A DNA stretch of 64,000 nt, taken from contig CAVYYZ010000012.1 in assembly GCA_963772835.1 (NCBI GenBank), positions 224,001 through 288,000 of the forward strand. Direction: 5' to 3'. Below are positions 55,587-64,000 of this stretch, in pieces (the first letter of the stretch is position 1; each line of letters begins with the position of its first letter). Under the pieces are notes generated by a model. That model did not search any database. It was not told the DNA's origin and worked only from the letters and a program-made list of their open reading frames with translations. The DNA is from an uncultured delta proteobacterium. GTDB taxonomy: Bacteria > Desulfobacterota > Desulfuromonadia > Geobacterales > Pseudopelobacteraceae. A program made the translations under genes and the position numbers.

Positions 55587-56636
55587 ATGAAAAAAGCACT
55601 CATCACCGGCATAACCGGCCAGGACGGATCGTATCTGGCAGAACTGCTTCTCTCCAAAGGCTATGAAGTCCACGGCATGATCCGGCGCTCCTCCTCCTTC
55701 AACACCGGCCGCATCGATCACATCTACCGCGACCCGCATGAGAAGGATGTGCGCATGTTCCTGCACTACGGTGACCTGAACGACGCCAGCTCCATCAACA
55801 TGCTGCTGCGGGCCATCCAGCCCGAGGAGATCTACAACCTGGGGGCCCAGAGCCATGTCCGCGTCTCCTTCGATGTCCCTGAATACACCGCAGAAGTAGA
55901 CGGTCTCGGCGCCGTACGCATCCTTGAAGGAATCCGGGAAACCGGCCTGAACACACGCTTCTACCAGGCCTCATCCTCCGAACTGTACGGCAAGGTAGTA
56001 GAAACCCCCCAGAAGGAAACAACCCCCTTCTACCCCCGTTCACCCTACGCCTGCGCCAAGGCCTACGCCTTCTACATCACCATGAACTACCGCGAAAGCT
56101 ACGGCATGCACGCCTCAAACGGCATCCTCTTCAACCACGAATCGCCCCGTCGCGGCGAAACCTTCGTCACCCGCAAAATCACCCGCGCCGCCGCCCGCAT
56201 CAAACTGGGTCTGCAGGAATGTCTCTACCTCGGCAACATCGACGCAAAACGAGACTGGGGCTTCGCCGGCGACTACGTCGAAGCCATGTGGCGGATGCTG
56301 CAGCAGGACGTAGCCGACGATTACGTCATCGCCACCGGCGAGACCTACATGGTACGGACCTTTGCCGAAAAAGTCTTCGCCCGTCTCGGCATGCCGCTGG
56401 CATGGCAGGGCAACGGAGTAGATGAAACAGGGATCGACACGACAAGCGGCCGGACCGTCATCCGGATCGACCCGAAATACTTCCGTCCGGCAGAAGTCGA
56501 CCTGCTCCTCGGCGACCCGACCAAGGCGAAGACACAACTGGGGTGGGAACTGAAGACAAGCTTTGAGGAACTGGTGAATATGATGACCGATGCCGACTTC
56601 ACCATGGCCGAACGGGAGAAACGGGCGGATGGTTGA
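55587..56636 (+). CDS. gmd: GDP-mannose 4,6-dehydratase
   Basis: [34 protein letters not shown]. Confidence 0.97.
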   Translation: MKKALITGITGQDGSYLAELLLSKGYEVHGMIRRSSSFNTGRIDHIYRDPHEKDVRMFLHYGDLNDASSINMLLRAIQPEEIYNLGAQSHVRVSFDVPEYTAEVDGLGAVRILEGIRETGLNTRFYQASSSELYGKVVETPQKETTPFYPRSPYACAKAYAFYITMNYRESYGMHASNGILFNHESPRRGETFVTRKITRAAARIKLGLQECLYLGNIDAKRDWGFAGDYVEAMWRMLQQDVADDYVIATGETYMVRTFAEKVFARLGMPLAWQGNGVDETGIDTTSGRTVIRIDPKYFRPAEVDLLLGDPTKAKTQLGWELKTSFEELVNMMTDADFTMAEREKRADG

Positions 56637-56951
56637 TCAACAAATCTGCTAAAAGGAAAATAGTCGATACCTGTAACCTGGAATAACGGTCTAGTGTGTG
56701 GGCTCCCGGTGAAAACAATCAGGATGGCGCAACCATTTGACAGGATCAGACTTGTTATGTGGTTGTGACTCCATGTGCGGTTTACGCGGACCGCTCTCCA
56801 GCATGTCTGCCCCTTGTTATGCCCTTTCATTCGCCAGCTTTTTTTTGACAGTGCTGTGTATAGTATCTGAACAGCGCACGCGGGTCTGGTCTTTCCAGCT
56901 ACTCCGTCCAAGTTTCCGGACCGTTGTGCGGGCTTGAGTAAAGGGATGAAT

Positions 56952-57419
56952 ATGAACAGCAGAGAGAGAATCCCCGCTGAAATTAAAGCCGCGAACGAGC
57001 CTGTTGTGCCGAATCGCCGCGATAGTTCAAAGTTGAACAGGCAGAGTAATTACCGGATACTCGGACTCCCCCGGCTCTGGCTGCTCCTCTGTGCCGGACT
57101 TACGTTCCTGATACTCTGGCTGGCGCTCATGCCTTCCAACGTGGCTCCTTCAGGTTTGGGATGGGACAAACTGAATCATGCCGGCGCCATTACTGTTGCA
57201 ACAGGCCTTGCATACCTTTCCCTTCAATCACGCAACTGGGCGGCACCGGTCGCGTTTCTGTACGGGGCATCACTCGGAGTTCTGATCGAGATACTTCAGG
57301 GCACTCTGACAACCAGCAGAACCGCTGAGTGGGCTGATGTCGTGGCAGATCTGATCGGTGCAGGGTTCGCATGGGGCGTGATCAGAATTTTCCAGCAGAG
57401 AACCGCTCAGGAACCGTAA
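56952..57419 (+). CDS. VanZ-family membrane protein
   Basis: [25 protein letters not shown]; start uncertain (56934-56952). Confidence 0.8.
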   Translation: MNSRERIPAEIKAANEPVVPNRRDSSKLNRQSNYRILGLPRLWLLLCAGLTFLILWLALMPSNVAPSGLGWDKLNHAGAITVATGLAYLSLQSRNWAAPVAFLYGASLGVLIEILQGTLTTSRTAEWADVVADLIGAGFAWGVIRIFQQRTAQEP

Positions 57420-57496
57420 CAGCCGGCATTTCACTCCTTGCCATCCCCACCGGAAACAGGCATAATACGCACCATTTAACAAGCGGAGTTTATCGT

Positions 57497-58978
57497 ATGG
57501 CATTTCGGGTCTATAACACCCTTACCGGTGAAAAAGAGCTCTTCGTTCCACTGACCCCCGGCAAAGTAGGCATGTATGTCTGCGGGGTAACGGTCTATGA
57601 TTACTGCCATATCGGGCATGCCCGGGCCGGGGTGGTGTTCGACATCATCTTTCGTTACCTGAAATATGCCGGCTATGACGTTACATACGTGCGGAATTAT
57701 ACCGATATCGATGACAAGATCATCAACCGTGCCAACCAGGAGGGAACCGGTTTTCGTACAATCGCCGACCGGTATATCCAGGCTTTTGATGAAGACATGG
57801 CGAGACTGGGGCTGGACAAACCGACGGTCGAACCGAAAGCCACTGATCATATCGACGGGATTATCAGTATCATCGAAACACTGATTGCCAAAGGTCACGC
57901 GTATGCCTCGGAAGGAGACGTGTATTACGCGGTAGAAACCTTTCCTGACTACCTGAAACTCTCCGGGCGCAACCTCGAGGAGATGCAGGCGGGGGCCCGG
58001 GTGGATGTGGGAGACAAAAAGCGTCATCCGATGGACTTTGCCCTCTGGAAGGGGTCAAAACCGGGAGAACCATGGTGGCAATCCCCCTGGGGTAACGGTC
58101 GTCCCGGATGGCATATTGAATGCTCGGCGATGAGCATGGAGTTTTTGGGGAAAACCTTTGATATCCATGGTGGCGGAAAAGACCTGGTGTTTCCTCATCA
58201 TGAAAATGAAATCGCCCAGTCCGAAGGAGCAAACGGATGCACGTTTGTGCGCTACTGGCTGCATAACGGCTTTGTTAATATAAATGCTGAAAAAATGAGC
58301 AAGTCACTGGGGAACTTTTTTACCATTCGCGAGGTTCTGAAGAAGTATGACGCAGAAACGCTGCGGCTCTTTATTCTATCTGCACATTACCGCTCGCCGA
58401 TAGACTTCTCAGACCAGAATCTGGATGAGGCGCAGTCAGGGCTGGAAAGAATATACACCTGTCTGGCCGCACTGGATGAAATTTTGAACGGGCCGTCTCC
58501 ATCGCCTGAAATTGCTGTGATTGAAAATCTGTCGCAGGTCGGTCTGGAACTGCAAGAAAAAGTTGACCACTGCATGCCGCGGTTTGTCGAAGCGATGGAT
58601 GATGACTTTAATACGGCTCAAGCTCTCGGAGTCCTGTTTGAAATGGTGCGCGCCGCAAACCGTTTCCTCGCTGAGACAAAGGAATATACTCCACTTTGTC
58701 TCTCTCTGATTGCACATGTTCGTCATATCTTTGTTGAAGCCGGGAATGTGCTTGGGTTGTTTACCGTTTTGCCTGCTACCTGGCTGGAAGGCATCAAAAC
58801 CGTAAAGGCGGACAAAATTGACATATCAACTGAAGAGATCGAGCAGTTGATATCTGAGCGAACAGAGTCGCGGGCCGCAAAAAATTTCAAGCGCGGCGAC
58901 GAAATTCGCGATCTGCTGTTGGCAAAAGGCATTTTACTGCTTGACTCGGCTCAGGGAACAACCTGGAACGTGAAATAG
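57497..58978 (+). CDS. cysS: Cysteine--tRNA ligase
   Basis: [27 protein letters not shown]; start MAFRVYNTL. Confidence 0.98.
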   Translation: MAFRVYNTLTGEKELFVPLTPGKVGMYVCGVTVYDYCHIGHARAGVVFDIIFRYLKYAGYDVTYVRNYTDIDDKIINRANQEGTGFRTIADRYIQAFDEDMARLGLDKPTVEPKATDHIDGIISIIETLIAKGHAYASEGDVYYAVETFPDYLKLSGRNLEEMQAGARVDVGDKKRHPMDFALWKGSKPGEPWWQSPWGNGRPGWHIECSAMSMEFLGKTFDIHGGGKDLVFPHHENEIAQSEGANGCTFVRYWLHNGFVNINAEKMSKSLGNFFTIREVLKKYDAETLRLFILSAHYRSPIDFSDQNLDEAQSGLERIYTCLAALDEILNGPSPSPEIAVIENLSQVGLELQEKVDHCMPRFVEAMDDDFNTAQALGVLFEMVRAANRFLAETKEYTPLCLSLIAHVRHIFVEAGNVLGLFTVLPATWLEGIKTVKADKIDISTEEIEQLISERTESRAAKNFKRGDEIRDLLLAKGILLLDSAQGTTWNVK

Positions 58979-58979
58979 C

Positions 58980-59002
58980 CTCCATCCGGAATGGAGTTAT
59001 TT
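58980..59002 (+). terminator. Possible intrinsic terminator after cysS
   Basis: CTCCAT-CCGGA-ATGGAG followed by TTATTT. Confidence 0.4.
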
Positions 59003-59252
59003 CCGTCCTGGCGGTGTCTCTCTTCGAGCCTGCATGTGCAGCACATCGCGCTCTCTACCTCACATTCCCGATTCTGCCGTGCCAAAACATAATCCCCTGA
59101 CCTTTCAAATCTGAAATTGAATCACTTGATTGCATACTGGTTTTTGCCTGTTATAATGTGAGCCTGACCGAGGCCGACAAGATACGTGAGTTATCGGGGT
59201 TGTTCTCAGTAAATCATGGCGGAAAACAACTTTTAACCTACTAAAACATCTG

Positions 59253-60890
59253 ATGAGGTTCTGTGTGGATTGGGAGTGTTGCTGGAACAGGGACGTAATT
59301 GAGCAGGCAGATTGCCCGATGATAGGCGAGGGTGAAGAAGAGCTGCTTGTATCAAAACGACAGCGGTACCTGGAAAAATGCGGTGAGTGCCCCCGTTTTT
59401 TGAGCGACCTGAAACAATTGCAAAATGACACAAATCCTCTTGCGCCTCTTCTCGCAGATATGCTGAGTGAAAATCACCGTCAGAAAGTCCAGATACAGTC
59501 TCTGGTAAGTTTCCTCGATAATAAAACGCTGGAAATGCGTTTCATGCATGAGCTCGGATCTGTTCTGCAGAGTTCAGTGGACCTTGACGAGGTCCTTTCT
59601 GTCGCCCTGACTGCAATTACAGCAGGCAAGGGCTTCGGCATGAACCGGGCCTTTCTGCTCCTGTGCGATCGTGACGAGGGTCTCCTTAAGGGGTATCTGG
59701 GCCTCGGCCCCCGTAATATTGAAGAGGCCAGCCTTGTCTGGAATGAGATCATTCAGAACGATATGGATCTGCAGACACTGGCCCAGAACTTTCGACTGAA
59801 CAAACTTTCCTCCGAACGCGCAAAATTTCACGATATCCTGGAAATCCTGACGGTCCCGCTTTCCAATAAAGATCATATAGTCATCAAAGCACTGGACGGT
59901 CGGATTCCGATCATGGTCGAGGGGGCTTTTGACCACCCGGATGTCCCTCCCGAATTGGCACGCTTGCTAGGGGTTGATACGTTTTTGCTGATGCCGCTGA
60001 TTTCGCGCAACAGAAGAGTCGGCATGATTGTCGCTGATAACTGTATTACCCACCGCACCATCACTGATGAAGATATGCATTCACTGGAGACATTCGGCTT
60101 TCCGGTTGCTTTTGCTATCGAACGCGCCTCGTTGTACGATAAACTGCATGTCGAACTTGATCGTGTTACCGAAGCAGGGGAAAAGCTGAAAGAGCAGCAG
60201 GAGCTTATCCTCAGGATGGAAAACATGGCTCTGGTCGGGCGGATCACCTCCAGTATTGCTCATTCGGTTCGAAATCCTCTGATGATTATCGGCGGGTTTG
60301 CCCGTTCTATGCTCAAAAACAGCTCCACGACGGATCCGAAACGCACTTTTATTGAATCGATTGTTGCAGAAACTCGTCAACTGGAGGTGGTGCTGGACGA
60401 AATTCTCAATTATTCTGACGCGCTGTATCCGACCCGTGATTTCTGGGATGTAAACCAGCTTGTCGATACCGCATTGCGTGAAACTGCCGATATTTTAACT
60501 TCACTGGGGTTTGCCACCAGCTACTTGCCGGAACATGACCTGCCGCAGGTGTTTATAGATTTCAAGCAACTCTCCTACTGTCTCCGCACCGTACTTCAGA
60601 ATGATATTAACGGTATCGGGGAAGATCGATCGATTGCGATCACCTCTCAGAAGGTCGAAGATTGCGTCATTATAAGGATTGATGACCGAAGCCGGCGCAT
60701 CTCCCAAGTAGAACTTGAACGACTGCTGGTACCCTTTTCCGAAACCCGTGATCTGGGTACCGGACTTGGGCTTGCGCTGTGCAAAACCATGCTTGACAAA
60801 CAGGGGATCCCGTTCATTGTCCAGGCAGACGAGCATGAAGGAATCAGGTATACCATCACACTTCCCACCCGAAAGGAGGAAAAGCCATGA
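59253..60890 (+). CDS. Cytoplasmic GAF sensor histidine kinase-like protein with a Cys-rich N-terminus
   Basis: GAF region, H-box AHSVRNPL, G2 box GTGLGL; N and G1 boxes look degenerate. Confidence 0.82.
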   Translation: MRFCVDWECCWNRDVIEQADCPMIGEGEEELLVSKRQRYLEKCGECPRFLSDLKQLQNDTNPLAPLLADMLSENHRQKVQIQSLVSFLDNKTLEMRFMHELGSVLQSSVDLDEVLSVALTAITAGKGFGMNRAFLLLCDRDEGLLKGYLGLGPRNIEEASLVWNEIIQNDMDLQTLAQNFRLNKLSSERAKFHDILEILTVPLSNKDHIVIKALDGRIPIMVEGAFDHPDVPPELARLLGVDTFLLMPLISRNRRVGMIVADNCITHRTITDEDMHSLETFGFPVAFAIERASLYDKLHVELDRVTEAGEKLKEQQELILRMENMALVGRITSSIAHSVRNPLMIIGGFARSMLKNSSTTDPKRTFIESIVAETRQLEVVLDEILNYSDALYPTRDFWDVNQLVDTALRETADILTSLGFATSYLPEHDLPQVFIDFKQLSYCLRTVLQNDINGIGEDRSIAITSQKVEDCVIIRIDDRSRRISQVELERLLVPFSETRDLGTGLGLALCKTMLDKQGIPFIVQADEHEGIRYTITLPTRKEEKP

Positions 60891-61267
60891 GCAGATTGTT
60901 AGTCGTTGACGATGAGGCAAATATCCGATTGCTGTACGCCGAAGAACTGAAGGACGAAGGATATGAAGTGGTGACGGCGTCCAGCAGCGCCGAGGCGGCC
61001 GAAAAACTGCAGGGGAATACGTTTGACCTTGCGGTTCTGGACATTAAATTAAAAAATGAAAGCGGTATAGAATTGTTGCAGAAGCTGGTCAAGGAGCGGC
61101 ACGAAATGCCGGTGATCCTCTGCTCGGCATTTTCTTGTTATAAGGACGATTTTTCTGCCTGGCTGGCGGATGGGTATGTGGTCAAGTCAGGTGACCTGAC
61201 GGAACTTAAACAGGAAATTTCCCGGGTGCTCGCCAAGAAGGCACAAAAGATTAAATCGGGAGAGTAA
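60887..61267 (+). CDS. Single-domain response regulator
   Basis: VVDDE, VLDIKL, YVVKS; ATGA overlap with the kinase. Confidence 0.9.
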   Translation: MSRLLVVDDEANIRLLYAEELKDEGYEVVTASSSAEAAEKLQGNTFDLAVLDIKLKNESGIELLQKLVKERHEMPVILCSAFSCYKDDFSAWLADGYVVKSGDLTELKQEISRVLAKKAQKIKSGE

Positions 61268-61331
61268 CACATCCCCCCTCCCTGAATCACCTCCATCATG
61301 AGGGAGGTGATCTACTACTAAAGGAGTTTAC

Positions 61332-63836
61332 ATGAAAGCAGTCATCATGGCTGGTGGATTCGGCACCCGTATCCAGCCGCTTACAGGCAATATGCCCAAA
61401 CCAATGATCCCCCTTTTCAACCGTCCGATCATGCTTCACATAGTTGAACTGCTGAAAAAATACGATATCACCGATCTGGTCATGCTGCTCTATCACCAAC
61501 CATTCTATATCAAAAACTTCTTCCGTGACGGCTCCGATTTTGGGGTCAAGATCACGTATGTCACTCCAATTGTTGACATGGGGACGGCAGGGGCGGTCAA
61601 AGCGGCTGAAAAGTATCTTGATGAGCGCTTTCTGGTGATCAGCGGGGATCTTCTGACCGATTTTAATCTTAAAAAGATCGTTGATTTTCATGCTGATCAC
61701 AATGCAAAGGCGACGATTACGCTGACATCTGTCAAAGACCCGCTCCAGTTTGGAGTTGTGATTACCGATAAGGAGAAGCGCATTACCCAGTTTCTGGAAA
61801 AGCCGGGCTGGGGAGAAGTTATCTCCGATACAATCAATACCGGCATCTATGTCCTGGAGCCGGAGATACTGAAATATATTCCCGAGGGGGAAAACTTCGA
61901 TTTTTCGCAGGATCTGTTCCCGCTCATGCTGAAAAAGAAGGATGCGTTGTTTGGTGTTACGGCCAAAGGATATTGGCGGGATATCGGCAACACTGATTCC
62001 TATCGTGAAGCGTACCTCGATATTTTTAAAGGCAGGGTCAACCTGAAGATCGACGAGCCGAAACAGGACTTTGTCGGAAAGGATCTGCGTATCGGCGCCG
62101 ATGTCAAGCTGCAGCAGGCCGCAGGCCTTGAAGGTACCGTCGTGATCGGTGACAACAGCCAGATCCTGGGAGATGTGCGCATCAAGGATTCGGTGATCGG
62201 CCGCAACTGCACGATTGAAGCGGGAGTCAGGCTCAATCGCTGCATTATCTGGGATAACTCGTATGTTAAAAAGGGAGCCCGGATTAACGACAGTGTCATC
62301 TGTTCAAATGTCCGTATCGGTCAGGGTGTAGTCCTTGAAGAGGGGGTTATTGTTGCTGATGAGTCATCGGTAGGTGACGAAGCGGTTATCAAAGCTGATG
62401 TCAAAATATGGCCCAAGAAGACTATTGAGGCCGGTGCTACTGTCACTTCCAATATGATTTGGGGGGAAAAATGGAAAAAGTCGCTCTTTGAGGGGGCAAT
62501 CATCAAAGGACTTTCCAATGTGGAACTCACTCCGGAATTTTGTGCGAAGCTGGGATGTGCTTACGGCACATCACTTCCCAAGGGAAGTTTCGTGCTGGGC
62601 GGACGTGATTCAAATCCTTCATCCCGCATGCTCAAGCGCTGTTTTATGGGCGGGCTGCTTTCGGCCGGAATCAATGTGCGCGATATGAAGATGACGTCAC
62701 TACCGCTCGTTCGCTATAAACTGAAGACATTTGGTGAGGTTGGAGGGGTACATTTCCGTCAGGCACAGGACGATCCCGCCATACTGGAAATCATTTTTCT
62801 GGACGGTGATGGTCTTGATTTTTCGAGCAACATGGGGAAGAACGTTGAGCGCACCTTTTTCAAGGAAAATTTTCGTCGTGCACACCACACAGAACCGGGA
62901 GTTATCACTGATATCAACAATGTCGGAGATTTTTATCGCGAAGGCTTTTTGCGGGCACTTGATCGGGAACTGCTCAAAAAATCCGCTTTCACAGTGGTAG
63001 TGGACTTCAACTTTTCTCCTGCGAGCCATACTCTGCCTCAACTATTAAATGAGATCGGTTTTTCGGTCATTGCACTTAATGCATATGTTGATGAAGGCCG
63101 TGGTGTGCAGATCAAGGAAAAAGAATTGGCCCTCAATCAGCTGTCGGCAATTGTATCATCTCTGGGGGCCCAGGCCGGATTCTGGCTTGACTCATCTGCA
63201 GAAGCGATCACCATGGTAGACGAAACCGGCCGGATCTGCACAGATATCGAGCTCCTCTCTCTGGCCGTGGCCCTTCAGATGATGGCCGGGCAGAAAGGCT
63301 CAATTGCCGTGCCGGTGCAGACTCCTTCGACAATCGAACGGATGGCGGGGCAAAAGGGGTGTCAAGTGGTCCGCACTAAGAGCTCTGACCGCTCTATGCA
63401 GGAAATTGCCTCTTCTTCGGAAATTGTCCTGACCGGCACGACGGACGGGCGCTTTGCGTTTCCCCGGTTTCAGTCGGCCTTTGACGGCATGTTTGCTATC
63501 GCCCGACTGATGGAGCTGAGTGCCGCAGGCGGAGTAACGCTTTCAGAGGCACTTTCGGATGTCCCGCGCGCTGCTTTCCTTCAAACCAGCCTCCCGTGCC
63601 CCTGGGAAATGAAGGGTGGTATTATGCGTAAGATGAGCGAAGACAGTCTCGAAAAAGAGGCTACGTTCATCGATGGCATCAAAGTACATTTCGGTGCAGA
63701 GTGGGTGCTGGTGCTGCCTGACCAGTATCTGCCGGTGGTTCATATCGTTGCCGAGGCCAGGGACAATAAGTCCGCCCAGAGACTTCTCGGCGAGTATGCA
63801 AAGAAAATTAAAGAGTGGAAGAAGGAACTGGTGTAA
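61332..63836 (+). CDS. Sugar-1-phosphate nucleotidyltransferase + hexapeptide repeat + phosphohexomutase-like fusion
   Basis: MAGGFGTR..PKPM, GTAG, YWRDIG, left-handed beta-helix repeats, PGM/PMM-like C-terminal half. Confidence 0.88.
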   Translation: MKAVIMAGGFGTRIQPLTGNMPKPMIPLFNRPIMLHIVELLKKYDITDLVMLLYHQPFYIKNFFRDGSDFGVKITYVTPIVDMGTAGAVKAAEKYLDERFLVISGDLLTDFNLKKIVDFHADHNAKATITLTSVKDPLQFGVVITDKEKRITQFLEKPGWGEVISDTINTGIYVLEPEILKYIPEGENFDFSQDLFPLMLKKKDALFGVTAKGYWRDIGNTDSYREAYLDIFKGRVNLKIDEPKQDFVGKDLRIGADVKLQQAAGLEGTVVIGDNSQILGDVRIKDSVIGRNCTIEAGVRLNRCIIWDNSYVKKGARINDSVICSNVRIGQGVVLEEGVIVADESSVGDEAVIKADVKIWPKKTIEAGATVTSNMIWGEKWKKSLFEGAIIKGLSNVELTPEFCAKLGCAYGTSLPKGSFVLGGRDSNPSSRMLKRCFMGGLLSAGINVRDMKMTSLPLVRYKLKTFGEVGGVHFRQAQDDPAILEIIFLDGDGLDFSSNMGKNVERTFFKENFRRAHHTEPGVITDINNVGDFYREGFLRALDRELLKKSAFTVVVDFNFSPASHTLPQLLNEIGFSVIALNAYVDEGRGVQIKEKELALNQLSAIVSSLGAQAGFWLDSSAEAITMVDETGRICTDIELLSLAVALQMMAGQKGSIAVPVQTPSTIERMAGQKGCQVVRTKSSDRSMQEIASSSEIVLTGTTDGRFAFPRFQSAFDGMFAIARLMELSAAGGVTLSEALSDVPRAAFLQTSLPCPWEMKGGIMRKMSEDSLEKEATFIDGIKVHFGAEWVLVLPDQYLPVVHIVAEARDNKSAQRLLGEYAKKIKEWKKELV

Positions 63837-63842
63837 CCGATT

Positions 63843-64000
63843 ATGCCTCAAGCCCTGGACGTGGTCATCGTATGGCACATGCATCAGCCATACTACAAAG
63901 ACCCGCTGAAAAATGAATACGCACTCCCCTGGACCTATCTGCACGGTATTAAGGATTATTTTGACATGCCGGCTATCGTTGAAGATACTCCCGGTGCCAA
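63843..64000 (+). CDS. Glycoside hydrolase family 57 protein (5' end only)
   Basis: Manual translation MPQALDVVIVWHMHQPYYKDP...LPWTYLHGIKDY. Confidence 0.85.
   Translation, partial: MPQALDVVIVWHMHQPYYKDPLKNEYALPWTYLHGIKDYFDMPAIVEDTPGA

Overview
Chromosomal replication-origin region of a Geobacteraceae-like deltaproteobacterium (lineage inferred from gene order and protein style). The core is rsmG-mnmG-mnmE-yidC-yidD-rnpA-rpmH <oriC> dnaA-dnaN-recF-gyrB-gyrA, with two parS sites. It is flanked by housekeeping genes (glnE, mtnA, acnA, gpmI, nadD-rsfS-rlmH, mqnC, rnd, gpsA, ispF, hemG, radC, uppP, pit, gmd, cysS), a partial type II secretion cluster (gspH-N plus a stand-alone MshEN protein) and the start of an alpha-glucan-type cluster. 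Accessory signals are small: an AT-rich vapBC pair followed by an attC-like site that cuts off a small gene (an apparent orphan integron cassette), a DinG helicase with an intact RadC-like JAB domain, a probable sigma54-activator gene relic beside a RhuM-Fic gene, and several unrelated intergenic palindromic elements. I saw no tRNA, rRNA, CRISPR array, transposase or integrase.
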